Positions 31,873-45,640 of a DNA stretch of 64,000 bases are shown in pieces. The stretch lies in assembly GCF_009914755.1 (NCBI RefSeq), contig NC_060933.1; one strand, 5' to 3'. Below the pieces are notes generated by a model. It saw nothing but the letters and a program-made list of their open reading frames with translations, was not told where the DNA came from and did no database searches. Origin of the DNA: the human T2T-CHM13v2.0 reference genome, Homo sapiens. The position numbers were made by a program, and so were the translations under genes. Each line of letters begins with the position of its first letter. Within the stretch, counting starts at the first letter, position 1.

Positions 31873-33829
31873 AGAGTCCCCCAGTCAGCCCCACTGTGCC
31901 CATTTAGGGGCAGATTGTAGGGCTCAGGCGGGACACAGAGGTGAAGGAAGCATAGGTTCTGCCTCTTGGAAATGGCTCAGCCAAAACAAGGACAGGGACA
32001 GTGGGGCAGGAAACAGCTAGTGGGGTAAACCAGCAGAAGCCCCGAGGTGTCACTAAACCAAGGTATCACTTTCACACTTAGGTGAGGAAGTTGGCTGAGC
32101 ACCCACACACGCCAGAGTACGGACCACATTCCCTTCAAACACGGCTCACTTAACATTCCTAAACCCTGCAAAGGGGAGGTGTTACCTTGTCTCCTGAGGA
32201 TGGCCCTGAATGTAGAGGAGTCACGGGAGCTGCCCACATCACCCACCAGTGACTCTTCACTCCCCACATTTTCCCCAAGGGCCTGTTGTGCCCTCAGCTG
32301 GGGAAGCCCTGCCAAGATAAACTCTCCTTCCCAAAGGCGAAAGCGGGTGGCAGGCCTCCGACACTGCCCACATGCAGCAGAAGGGATGGGGCAGAGAGGC
32401 ATCTGTCTGGCTGACTGCTGTGTTCTGTGGGCAGATGGGGCCAGAGAGAACCCAAACATGGCTCCCTTTGTCACTTGGCAGAGGGACCAGGCCGCCATAT
32501 ACCAGAGAGCTTTGCCCCATCAGCTTCTGCTGCTGGGCCAACTCCCAGCACCATGACCACAGCTCTGCATGCAGGCAGTGCTGGGACCAGTGCTCTGGCA
32601 GTCACAGCGGTCCTGAGCCAACAAGGGCCCTGGGGAGGAATCAGAACTCAGACTGTGGAGAAGAAGGTGTTGGCCAGGAGGGAACCAGGGCAGGTGCTGG
32701 GTCCTGTCCATGCTGGGATCTGAGATTCTGAGAGGTGGGTTAGGGGTAAGGGGGGCAGAGGTTGGCCACATGGGGTGAGGGGAGTTCAGCAGAGATGGGG
32801 AGGACAGGACAACCTGGGAAAAAGCAGAGTATCCTCCCCAGCCTCAGTCCCTCTCCTGATGCAGTCCTCATCTCACTCGTAGACTCCAGAAGTCTCCCTT
32901 CAGTGAACACCTGGCCCCCGACTCTCAGGGCACTTCCAGACAGCCAGTGCCACATCCCAGGCAGCCCCTGCTCTGCCCTTGGGGTCTGTGCCTGGCAGAA
33001 GGGCGACTGACCCTCGGCCCCTCTCGGCCTGGGCCCCAGCTTCTCCTGGCCCTGGGACCAGCAGACACACCCACCTTGCGCCTGGCAGGCTGGTCATGCT
33101 TGTTCCCGTTGGTGATGGTGTGTTGGGAGGGAACTGTTTTAGATGCCAATGTAAATCTGTGTCTACATCAATTCCACACGAGTTCAGTCATCATATGGGA
33201 AGGGAATCATAGCTGTTGGGGGAGCTCCATGCAAGACCCTGAGGGCCCCTGAGGCCATTCCATGTGGCCACAGCAAGGAGCATCTGCTTCAGCCAGTTGG
33301 ACAAGACTCTCTCCTGCCCAGAAACAGGCCCCTGCTCTGCGCCCCTCATCATATCCCAAACACACCCATGTGGACGGTCACCTCAACGTCTCCCCTCGGC
33401 CCAGTGCCCGTGCTCTTCCTGATGAGGGTTAAGCAGGAGCAGCCGCCTCTCCCCATGTCCATGTTGCAGGCATCTGCCTTCTCCTCAGCTCCCACCGAGC
33501 AGAAAAAAAGCCAGCCAGCTCTCTCCATCCCAGGATTTTCCAGGGATACTGATAATGATGGGAGGCCCCGAGAAGCCTCCCTAAAGCAGGCGGGGCCTTG
33601 TGAGTGGATGGTGGGAGGGATCAGGGCTTCCTCAGCATCTGTCAGTCCCCAGAGCATCTGAAGGGGCCCCCTATAACAGGAGAAAAGAGTGGGGCCAGCC
33701 CCTGTGGGTTCCCAGTGCCTGGCCTCTCCCAGTTCCTCAGCCCTGAGGCCTCACAGACACCCTCCACAAAGCAGCACAACGCCAAGGGCAGAGGCAGCAG
33801 CCCTGAGAGCATTTTCCAAAACAACTACA

Positions 33830-33835
33830 TTTATT
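33830..33835 (-). terminator. NUTM2F polyadenylation signal AATAAA
   Basis: TTTATT on +, ~245 nt past the stop codon. Confidence 0.75.
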
Positions 33836-34078
33836 CACATTTACACACAAGGCCCCCAAGGCACTGCTTCCCACCCCCCAGGCCCTCCCTTCCTGCCCTC
33901 CCCGTTCAGCCACCTTCTCCCTCCCCTCCTTCCCCTACCCTCCAAAGCTAAGGCCCAGCAAGATCAGCACTGGAGGAGAAGCAGCCTTTGCTTTGGGGCA
34001 CCGGGTGCCATGAGGGTCCGAGACTTCAGAGCCCCACTTTTGGGGACTGGCATCAGAGAGTCTGCCCCATGGCGGCCC

Positions 34079-34861
34079 CTACTGGCTACAATGCCGCTTC
34101 TTCTTCCTCCTGGAGGCCAAGGGGTCACCCTTTCTCTTTTGAGACTGTGAGGGGCCACGCAGCCCCCAAGCCAGGGATTGCTCCCCAGAGACCCTGAGCC
34201 CAGGCCCTGGGTGCGGTGTCTTTTCAGCAGGGGATGGGCTTCCAAAGAGAGGTCGCTTCTTGGACTTGCTGGCAGGAGGTGATGGGCTGAGGCCTCTTTT
34301 CTGAGCAGATGGAGACTGAAGAGCTCCCTGGGGTCCTCTCCCTCCTGGGCTGAGAAGGCCCGAGGAAGGGACAGGGCTCTGGGACAGCCTCCAGGGCCTC
34401 AGCCTGTGGTGGGAACCCACGACATAGACCATGCCAGGGAGTTCCGTCTCCTCACTTGACCCCTTAGCCAGCCCATGTGACTCCTTGACAGGAGACTCTC
34501 CAGGGAGACCCAAGGCGTCCTTGGTCCCCAGGCCGGGGCAGGTGGGTCTGTGGTCCTGGGGAGGAGAGGTTGGCCGGACAGCCTTCAGCCTGGGGGAATC
34601 CTGACATCCCAAAAGCACAGCAGGGTCTTCGGACCTGGCCATGCCAGTGCGCACTCTGCCCTGTCCCTGAGGGTCCTGGGCAGCCGTCTGGGGTGGGGAG
34701 GTTTCCACGCTGACCCTTTGTTGGGGGTCAGGGACCTCTCTCGCTGCTTCTTGGCCAGCTGCAAACTCAGAAGGACTTGAGTCCAACCTGGCCGTGCCAT
34801 GTCGAGGGGCTGCCCTCCCGCACCCTTTCTCCTTCAAGGACAGGAGGCGCTTCTCCACTAG
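34079..34861 (-). CDS. NUTM2F: NUTM2F exon 7 (last coding exon)
   Basis: ccgcag|CTAGTG; [12 protein letters not shown]...[10 protein letters not shown] then TAG; basic C-terminal NLS-like motif. Confidence 0.95.
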   Translation of the reverse strand, partial: LVEKRLLSLKEKGCGRAAPRHGTARLDSSPSEFAAGQEAAREVPDPQQRVSVETSPPQTAAQDPQGQGRVRTGMARSEDPAVLLGCQDSPRLKAVRPTSPPQDHRPTCPGLGTKDALGLPGESPVKESHGLAKGSSEETELPGMVYVVGSHHRLRPWRLSQSPVPSSGLLSPGGRGPQGALQSPSAQKRGLSPSPPASKSKKRPLFGSPSPAEKTPHPGPGLRVSGEQSLAWGLRGPSQSQKRKGDPLASRRKKKRHCSQ

Positions 34862-35223
34862 CTGCGGAAGGAAAGGGGGCACTTACTGGCGCTGCCCCAG
34901 GTGTGAGCAGGGCCCAGAATGGTGGAGACCAGGGCACTTGGGTGGGAGGCAGGGAAGCCTGAGGCAGCTGGGCTTCATGTCAAAGAGAGAGGGTGTGGCT
35001 CTGCCGGGCATCCCGTTGGGCCTCACTGCAGCTTGCATCCTGACTCCCCTCCCTGGCTCCTCTCCATCCTACTCCCTCTGAACCTGCATCTTCCCACCCC
35101 GGAGTGGCTCCCCAAGAAGCTGAGCATCCCCAGCAGGGTGGGCTTAGACAATCGGGTGGGCCTTGTGTGCCGGGTCCCTCCTGCCCCTGGAGTACCTGGG
35201 TTCCCCTCCCTCCGCTGCTCTAC

Positions 35224-35340
35224 CTGGGCAAGGGTGAGTCCTTCCTCCTGCTCCAGCTCCTGGCTTAGGGCCAAGAAATCCATCTGTGGATCTGGGGAAA
35301 GCAATTCTTCCAGGAATCGGGGGTGAATGACGGCCTCCAC
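35224..35340 (-). CDS. NUTM2F: NUTM2F exon 6
   Basis: ttccag|GTGGAG...CAG|gtagag; 117 nt; [39 protein letters not shown]. Confidence 0.95.
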
Positions 35341-35479
35341 CTGGAAACAGAAGGAAGAAGGTGTGAACTTCCTGGGGAGGGAGTAACCTGGAGCCAAGGA
35401 CACCCGGAGGAGATGCAGAAAGCGGGGAGGGCCCCATTCCCACCCTCCTGGGGCTGTTTCATATCATGGCGACCACCAG

Positions 35480-35725
35480 CTACACGCACAGACCACAGAC
35501 CTCGTAGCATACACACATACAGACAGAGACACACAAACCACACACAGACACACAGACCCATGTACAACACAGGAAAAGACAGACACAGGTAACATACACA
35601 CTCCACACTCACACCCACACAGACACACAAAGACACAGTAACAAATCACAGACACAAACACACAGCAACACACAGACACACACAGTCACATACACAGACA
35701 CTCAAATCCATGGAAATACACATAC
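35480..35725. repeat. CA-rich low-complexity tract in NUTM2F intron 5
   Basis: Degenerate (CACA/CAGA)n. Confidence 0.85.
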
Positions 35726-35818
35726 TACTGAGTAGCTAAGGAACAGAGCTTAATTCCAAGGACCTGGAAGTGCCACCCCCTGGAATCCTACAGACCACAG
35801 CACTCCAGGCAAGCCCAC

Positions 35819-36204
35819 CTTGGTGACAAAGTCTTCCTGGGAACACAGCTTGTCAATGTAGCTCAGGAGGCCCGGGTCTGAGGTTATCCCGTCCTCTTCC
35901 TGCGGCTGCTCCACTTTGCCCTTTTCCCGTTGTCCCTCAGGCTCCCCTGTGTCCCCAGGGTGAGACCCCAGCAGCTCCTCCATGATGTCCACATACTCCT
36001 GCACCACTTCAGGGGGGATCTCCTCAGGGACCTTGGTCTCCGCTGGCCTCTGGGGCCTGGGTGGTGGCAGGTGGGCGTTGGTCTCCGCTGGCCTCTGGGG
36101 CCTGGGTGGTGGCAGGTGGGCCTTGGTCTCCGCTGGCCTCTGGGGCCTGGGTGGTGGCAGGCAGGCAGTCGGGGCCTTGGGGCCATCCTTGCTGGGAAGG
36201 TACA
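35819..36204 (-). CDS. NUTM2F: NUTM2F exon 5
   Basis: cctcag|TGTACC...AAG|gtgggc; 386 nt; includes [18 protein letters not shown] and [17 protein letters not shown]. Confidence 0.95.
36031..36161 (-). repeat. Coding 45-bp tandem repeat x~3 ([12 protein letters not shown][K/N]AH)
   Basis: Units start at 36031, 36076 and 36121. Confidence 0.95.
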
Positions 36205-36703
36205 CTGAGGCAGAGAGGGAGGAGGATGGGTGTGGTGAGGGCCGCTCCTCCTGCCTGCACCACACAGGGGAGGGCAGGGCTTGGGGATGTGAAGTGGGTC
36301 CTAGCTGGGTCAGGACCACCTGAACCACAGCGCCCCGGAGGAGACGCCACAGGAGGGGCACATCTGAGACAGCATCGCTTGGGAGGAAGTTTGGAGCCAC
36401 CGATATGCCGTGTACTCTCCCCGCTCATCTCTGCTTCCTGGGCAGAGCATATGTGGAGTTTTGGACAGGCAAGGGGAGAGAGAAAGTAGGAAACTTGGCC
36501 CGGTCAATACCCTGCTTCGTGATCACGGGCCACCAATGAAGTAGGTATTCACCTGGTCAATACCCAACATACACTCCCGGAAGCTGTCCTGTTGGAGGGA
36601 GCAAATCCCCCTCTTGAAGGGAAGCATGGGGTGTGGGGACAGTGGCCTCCCTTGGCCCCTTTGGCCTTTGCCATGGCTCCTGTGGGAATGTGGGAAGCTG
36701 TAC

Positions 36704-36843
36704 CTGGCTGCTTGACCACCTCAGGGGCAGGGGGTCCTCGAGGTTCAAGCCTCGGCGGGGCTGGAGGAGGCAGGCTCTGGGGCCCCTTCATCCACTGCGA
36801 TTTCTGAATCTGCATCTCCTCCTCAGCCTCAAATTCCAGGAAC
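36704..36843 (-). CDS. NUTM2F: NUTM2F exon 4
   Basis: ccacag|GTTCCT...CCAG|gtacag; 140 nt; [14 protein letters not shown]...EVVKQP. Confidence 0.95.
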
Positions 36844-37811
36844 CTGTGGGTGAAGGAGGCCCAGGCTGTGCTGAGAGGGTCCAGGCCCCCTCCCCCCAGG
36901 ACCAGGCAGCAGCTGAGGGCAGGGATGGGAGGGAGTGCCTCCGGCGGGCTGTCCAGGCCCTCACTGGGACCCATCCCCCAGTCCCAGGAGGGAGCTGCTC
37001 CCAGAGTTCTGGGCTCACCCTCCCTCACCCGGCCCCTGCAGAGCCCATGGCATCAATGGGGCTTCCTGACTCAAGTCAGGGCCACGAGGTCCAGGAGGGT
37101 CCCGGGAACCCCTCCTCCAGGTATCAGCTGGCCGGGGGTGGGGTTGATGGCAGAAGGCGTCAGGGATGATGCCCAGATGCAGGAGTCCTGAGGCTGGGAC
37201 TGTGGGCCCCTGAAGGATAACCCAGGGACACGAGGCCCGGGAGACCCCTGGTCAGGAGGAAGCAAAAGCTGAGCCCAGAGGACAGGGCCCGTTTCCCCTG
37301 AGGCTGCTGTCTGTCTGTCTTCACGGACGGTTCTGCCCAGGAGCAAAGGCAGTCAGGCCAGAGAGGGGTCTCATGGTGTCCCAGGTACAGGTCTCCCCTG
37401 ACCCAACTCCCTGGCCAGGCTGGGATGGGAGAAAACCGACTTCTGGCCACTGCTGTGAGGAGCCTGCCCCCCACTCTGTCTTTAGTCACTAGCACCCCTT
37501 CTCCCCATCCCCACAGCTGGAGGAGACCCCCTTTGGGCTGCGATGCTGGCTGCTCCCGCCATGACCCCCAGTGTCAAGGCAGCGGTTGGCCCCAGGCCAG
37601 GCAGGGGGTGCTTCCCAAGAGGGCGGGACAGAGACCCCAGAGCACTCTAGGTGTCAGGAGCAGCTTCCTGAGGGAGCCAGGGGCCCAGGGCGTCCTGTGT
37701 TTGTCCACACCCTCCTCATGCTCCACGCTGAGAAGCCACCACGGCCACCGGGCCTCTGTCATTCACTCTCACCCCGCCACACGGGCCCTGCCCCCAGGAC
37801 CCCAGACTCAC

Positions 37812-37940
37812 TTTTCCGCCATCTCGTAGAAGATCATCCGGTCAAAGTTGCTCGTGTGCTGCCATTCCCGCATGGCCTGCCACAGTCCCTCCTCCAGCGT
37901 CATGGTGGGCTTCCGCCGGGCCAGGGATCGGAGAACTGGG
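37812..37940 (-). CDS. NUTM2F: NUTM2F exon 3
   Basis: ttacag|CCCAGT...GAAAA|gtgagt; 129 nt; [42 protein letters not shown] (NUT domain). Confidence 0.95.
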
Positions 37941-38187
37941 CTGTAAACCAGTGCAGTCAGTCCCAGTCTGTAAGCCCACCCTCCATCCCGGGCCCACCTG
38001 GTCCCAACACCTGGCTCCTGTCCTCCCCACACCTGTCCTGCCATCTGTCCCTGTCCTGTTCTCCCCCATGTGGGCTCCTCAGCCTCCAGGACACACCCCC
38101 AAGATCCAACATCAATAGAAGCCACTGAGTGGCCTCTCCGACTGCCTCTCAAGTCCTCGGTGTTATGATGTTGACAAGCGAACTCAG

Positions 38188-38541
38188 TGCTATGGGTGGA
38201 ACATGTGTGTCCCCAACATTCCTGTGCTGAAGCCCTCAGTGTCAGTGTGTCAGTATTTGGAGGCAATCAGGGTTAGAGCAGGTCATGAGCGTGGGTCCCA
38301 GTCATGGAATCCGAGCTCTGATAAGGGCAGGAGGAGACACCAGGGCTCTGGCTCTCAGCCACAAGAGCACACAGCCAGAGGCAGCTCTCTCCAGCCAGGA
38401 AGAGGGCCCTGACCAGACACCCAATCCGCTGTCACCTTGATCTGGGACTTCTGGCCTCTGGAACTAGGAGACATGAATGTGTCTTGATAAAGCACCCAGT
38501 CTATGGGATTCGTTACGGCAGAGCCTGAGCTGACTGAGACA
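38188..38541 (+). mobile_element. MLT1A/MSTD-type MaLR LTR
   Basis: TGCTATGGG..TGTGTCCCC..CACCTTGATCTGGGACTTC..GAGCTGACTGAGACA. Confidence 0.75.
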
Positions 38542-38659
38542 CCATGCACACAGAATGACCTGGGAGCGAGGGTTAAAGTGCAGGTTCCTGGGCCACAGGA
38601 CTGAGCATTTAACCAGCTTCCTGGGGACTCTGGAGCAAGGCAGCCCCTGGGGACACAGC

Positions 38660-38875
38660 CTCAGGGTCCTGGAGCTTGAGGAGCAGGAGCACACGTCCAG
38701 AACCAAAGCAGAGCGGTGTCCAAGCCACTGCAAGCAGCCAGGCACAGCTTCCCACATTCCCACAGGAGCCAAGGCAAAGGCCTGTGAGCCCGGGGCGGCT
38801 ACACTCCAAGAATCAGGGTCCCCAGTGCACCGGGACTCCGCTCCAAGGGGGGATGCAACCAGTTCCAGGGTGTGG
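38660..38875 (+). pseudogene. Inverted degenerate copy of NUTM2F exon 4 and the start of intron 4
   Basis: cagGGTCCTGGAGCTTGAG (RVLELEEQE) vs cagGTTCCTGGAATTTGAG (RFLEFEAEE); 38731-38782 is 50/52 identical to the reverse complement of 36663-36714. Confidence 0.85.
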
Positions 38876-39598
38876 GGGCAGCGAGACTGTTGGGGAGGAA
38901 GACGGGGCCGCCTTCACCTACACCCCAGGCAGGGGACTCCCCTAGGGGAATGGCCAGTGTGTTGCATGGTGGATATGCTCAAGCTCCTGTTTGCTCATCA
39001 GCGGGAAACACAGGGTCACAGAGGTGCCGCGGGGTGGAGAGAGGCAGGGACTGGGAATGAAACCACAAACTCTCCCAGATGCTGATGTTGCTGCCTCACA
39101 GTCACCACAGTCCACGGCTCTGGGCTGCTGGGCTCGTGGTGCACTCAGAGCTATCACTGGAGCCCGTGGCTTTGGGGAGCACTCTCCTAGATGGCCTAGT
39201 CCTGATAATGGTAGTAATGGGGACAGTAATCATAACTGCTGTCATGTAATGTGTCATAGTATGTGCCAGGCACTGTGCTACGTATGTCATATGTGAGCTC
39301 AGGTCATCTCTTTGCCATCCTCTGAATGAAACACCATTGTCCTTTTTTCTAGGGGGGATTGACGGTGAAGATGCTAATACCTGCCCAGCATCGACCCTAG
39401 TGCGGGTCCCAAGACCATCCCCCTGTGCAGGCTCCACCACCGCTGTGCTAACTGGACCGCGGCAGAACAGTGTGGGTGTGTGCCAGGTTCCTGCTGGGCC
39501 CTGCAGCTCCTCCCCCCAGCCCCATGTGATGTGCCCCTGGCCATTGACACTCAGTTCGAGGGAAGGCACTGGGGTGTACACTCAAAGACCTAAACCCA

Positions 39599-40615
<1,017 letters not shown>

Positions 40616-40848
40616 TAAGGATTGGCTGGACTCACGGGACAGTGACAGGCAGTTGACATGAGGCCCCTGACAGTCTGTCCTGAGCCACAGCCAGATTAAT
40701 GTTGCTGAAAATGTACCTTCCCATAGCACAACCCATCACCCTCACAACCACCCTGCAAGCTCCCCTGAACAGTGTGACCTCCTGTCCATCCAGCAGCCTC
40801 TTTATGAGTGAGCTGCAGGACAAGCTCCGGCGCCCCGAGGACACTCAC

Positions 40849-41545
40849 ATGAGGAAGCAGGAAAGCGCTTCAGTGTCAGGACTCTGGGGAAGGTGCCTCC
40901 GGGCCAGGGGCTTGTAGTGCTGCCAGAGTCGGAAGTTCTCATAGACACTCTTGGGTTTACAGGAGTCGTCCGGCCGGGCCTTGGCCTGGGAGGGAGCCAG
41001 GCTGCCCTCTCCATGAGCCCCTTGTGGCCATGGCCCAGCGTTCCCTGGGGACACGATGGGGGCCACCTGGGCAGCCGGTGGTGGTGGTGGAAGAGGAAGG
41101 CCATGGGACCAGCCTCCCTCACAGGCCTGGGTGCCCCCAACCACCTGGGCAGAGGTAACGGGCACCCCAGGAGCAGCTGCCAGGAGTAGGGGAGGTGGAC
41201 ACATGACACCTCCACAGAGGGTGCCTGGAGCCTGCCAGACGAGGGGGGCCTGAGTTAGGATCAAGGTCTGTGCCTGAGGGGGCTTCACAGGCCCCACTTC
41301 TGTCCTCATCTGGACAAAGACGTTGGAAGCCCCGGCCCCACTCGGGCCGCGGCCATCCTGTCCTGCCACTAGAGGGGTGCTGGGGAAGGCAGAGAGCACC
41401 AGAGGGCCGGCTGGAGGAACCACTGCAGTCACGAGGGGCGGCCTGTGTGCTGGGCCGGGAGCGGGTGTGGCAAAGGGCAGAGCCGTGAACACAGACAGGG
41501 AGGTGCCAGGGTTCACGGTCACGCCGGGTCCCAGCACTGGGTATG
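40849..41545 (-). CDS. NUTM2F: NUTM2F exon 2
   Basis: ccacag|CATACC...CTCAT|gtgagt; 697 nt; [24 protein letters not shown]...[32 protein letters not shown]. Confidence 0.96.
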
Positions 41546-42048
41546 CTGTGGAGACAAAGGAAAGAGGTGAATGAGCTGGCGTCTCCAGGTCCACACTAGT
41601 CACTGGGGAATCAGGGGAGTCCCAACAGCTGAGGGCATGTGACAGGGAAACTCTGCAGCTTGCAAGTGTCCCTGAGTGTGCATCAGATGCTCTGTTCCTC
41701 CACGGCAGAGTCGCTCCACTAGAGAGCCTGGCGCCAGTCACCAAGACTCCCTGACCCTTGTCTGCCAAGAAGAAACAGCCAAGCCTTTGCTGTCTCTGAG
41801 GGTCTCCCTCGGGTGTCCCTGGCAGACTGCACCAGCCTCACAGGCATCTCCCAAGCCATGGGTCAGGGATGAGTCTCTCGGTGGCTTGGTGGCTCTCAGT
41901 GTGCTCAGCAGCAGGTGAGGGGCCTACCCCAGGGCAGTGCTCGGCATTCAGAAGGCCGACAGGAAACCAGAAGTTTCCGAATATTATGGCCCCATCTCCT
42001 CTTCAGTCTTCCTTTCCCTGAAGCTCTTGTAAACCCCTTTCTTTCCTA

Positions 42049-43007
<959 letters not shown>

Positions 43008-44214
43008 CAGGGATTTTCACAGCTGCTAGTCATGTTACACTAAATAGTGGGACAGGGAGCCCATCTCTGGTCCTTCTCCTTTGAGCTCCCAGTAACTGAA
43101 CATAGGGACCAACGAAGAACCAGGGGTTCTTGGGCCACAGGCCAGGTGAGGCAGAGTTGTCTGGAACTCATCCCTGTTCACTAGGACCTCATGCAGTCTC
43201 TAGCCAAGGGGAATAAGGGATACAGCGCATGCACCTCATCAGTCAGGACACACATCCTAGTTTGAATAATAATAATAATAGGACTGTCTTCCTATTTGTG
43301 CGCTACTCTCCTTCCTCTACTGAAAAGGAAACCAGCCTTTTCAGAGCCTTCCACTGAGAACCAGCAAGAATCCACACCTGTCGCCCGTTCATGAGGTAGT
43401 ATAAATGGAACAGGAGCAAATTCTTCACCTCCACAGTAACACAAAGTACAGAGGACGGGCCATGAGCTAGCTGACGAGAGGAAGTGGGTCTGAAGACCTG
43501 AGCTTCCACCAAAGGGCAAACAATTCAGAACAACTCAGGAAACCCAGGCCCTGTGTTGCCTGAACTTCCCCATTCTGCCCCCACCCCTGTTAAATCAAAG
43601 CCAACAGCTACCTGAACTGACGGAGAAGCCATCTCTGGGGAGGAAGCTGAGAGGCTCTGGGCTGTGGCAGTTGCAGTGGCCCCCAGCCTTGCCCACCCAG
43701 AGGCTGTCACTACATGCTCTGTCACAGCCAACCCACCCAACAGTTTTCTGGCTGAGACCACTTCTCCCCACTCCTCTCTAAGAACTAGAAAACTCCAGTC
43801 CAAATCCCTCTAAACACTATGGAAGGGCACCTTCCAGGTGCCTGAAGACACGGCACAGGGCTCAGGCTTGCCCGTCATTCTCCCTGGGCCACCAGCACAA
43901 CACGATCCCACCACTCCCTACAAACACAATGACGTGACCTGTCCCCCTCTAGAAAGGATCAACCCATCCTCTCCATCCTTTCCACTACACGGTGTATTCC
44001 CCCAGGCATCTTGGTCCGCCTCTAAGGAGCCCTCCTCCCTAACCACAGACTCAGGGTGCCATGGCCATCCCCAGGTGTGATGTCCCTGGGGACATCCAGT
44101 GCTCCCTCCCTCAACATCAGCCCTATAAGCTGTCCCCAGGGACAGTTCAAATTTGAATTCCCAAGGAGTTGAGGCAAGGCAGACTCGGATAATGCCCCAT
44201 CCCTACAGGCTCAC

Positions 44215-44230
44215 CTCCATTTGAAGCCAT
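44215..44230 (-). CDS. NUTM2F: NUTM2F exon 1 coding part (MASNG)
   Basis: gggATGGCTTCAAATGGAG|gtgagc; spliced total 16+697+129+140+386+117+783 = 2268 nt = 755 aa + stop, all phases consistent. Confidence 0.93.
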
Positions 44231-44304
44231 CCCCTCAGGCTGGGCACTGACCACCACTGTCTGGCAGCTTCCGCAATGAAAAAAGTCAAGGGCAGGACCC
44301 AGAG

Positions 44305-44445
44305 AGTGACCTGACTCAGCAGATCCTCCTGAGTCCAAGTGGAGCAGGGATAATTTGCATATAAACAGGTTTGGAACACAGGACCCCAGACATTCTGCAG
44401 AGGGGGAGGGGCAGTGGGCAGCCGGGCTTGGCGGGGGTGGGGGAC
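44305..44445. promoter_or_regulatory. Motif cluster just upstream of the NUTM2F ATG
   Basis: TGACTCAGCA (AP-1/ARE-MARE core) 44312-44321; octamer ATTTGCAT 44353-44360; G-tracts 44402-44443. Function is inferred only. Confidence 0.4.
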
Positions 44446-45449
44446 ATTCTGTGAAGGGCTCTGGCCAGTAGGCAAGAACCTGAGGTTCCCTTGGTTCAGT
44501 TGGTTGCCATCCAACTGGATGGCAGCAACACAGACAGTGTGCGCCTCTTTAGGCAACTTTTAAATTGTCCTTCTGACTCACAGCAAAAGCTTCTACCTGA
44601 TGTCCCCTTTACTTCCATTCTTTATCAACAGACCTACTTTTGTGCCAATCAACCCATGCTCCTTCCCACTTTGGCTCTTTCCCACTCTTGATGAATTTCA
44701 ACAGGGGCCACACTTACTTAACAAAATTCAGAACACGTTTTCAGTCTGAGAAACACAGGGGTTCTTAGGAAGGCAAGGGGACTGAGTGTTTGAAATCAGA
44801 ATGGCCTCAGCTGATCCAGGCTATTAGGTGGCTGTGTGCTCATCATTGTTTAGGAAGCAGTCCTTGTGCCCCCAGGTCATGTATGTTGCTGGAATCTGTC
44901 CACACCAGTAGGCCAGCCTTACTTCCCGTCCCCTTTCTTAGGAAGACTCAGTCCAGGAAAGAGAGGCTATGTGACCTACAGCACCGAGACCAGAAATCCT
45001 TTCATTTTGTTTCCCAGCATATTGTGCTGGTGTTAAATGTTTATTTTGTATCTTTTACATGATTTTAACTTAACTAAGCAATACTTTTGCATGGTTCCAA
45101 ATTCAAATTGTGCACAGTGGAATAGACAATGACCAGCCTTCCTCCCACCTCTTTTCTCTGGCCACCACATTTTCTTTCCTGGAGGAAATAGGTGTTATCT
45201 GATTCTTTTTCATCTTTCCAGAGATATATTATGCAATCAAAAGCATAATGAAGCTATTTTTGCTGTCTAAAAATATTTTCAGTTTTTTGGGGGTAAAAAT
45301 TAATATATTAATATGTTCTAGTATTCTTCTGATATTTGCAGTGACTGTATTTGTCCCAGTAATGTGGTTCCTCTCTTTATTTCTGTAGGTAAATTGCTAG
45401 AATGAGATGTTGGACTGTTTTTTAAAATTAAAAATACATGAAAGAACAT

Positions 45450-45640
45450 AGTGGCCAGATTTAGCAAGTATGAATAAAGAATACCAAGTGGAATTTGAAT
45501 TGAAGATAAACAGTGAATTAGTTTTTACTATAATTATGATCCATATGACATTTAGAGTACACTTTTACAAAAAAAAAAAATCTGTCCTTTATCTGTGCTA
45601 TTCACATTTCACTGGGATCTTGCACTTTATCTGGTAACTC
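45450..45640. mobile_element. MER53-like palindromic hAT MITE
   Basis: GTGGCCAGATTTAGCAA..AATTTGAATT..AGATAAACA ... TTTATCTG..TTTATCTGGTAAC inverted arms. Confidence 0.75.

Noticed and set aside
31900-33700. GC-rich stretch with many overlapping ORFs and splice-like signals
   Set aside because: No recognisable protein and no consistent exon chain; long ORFs are expected at this GC content
41546-41768. ORF-track extension of NUTM2F exon 2 to an upstream start
   Set aside because: Intronic read-through with a non-ATG start; a strong acceptor at 41546 and the MASNG exon explain the true start
45450-45640. MER53 hairpin as a miR-1302-type microRNA
   Set aside because: The arms are too diverged and the mature-like sequence is not preserved
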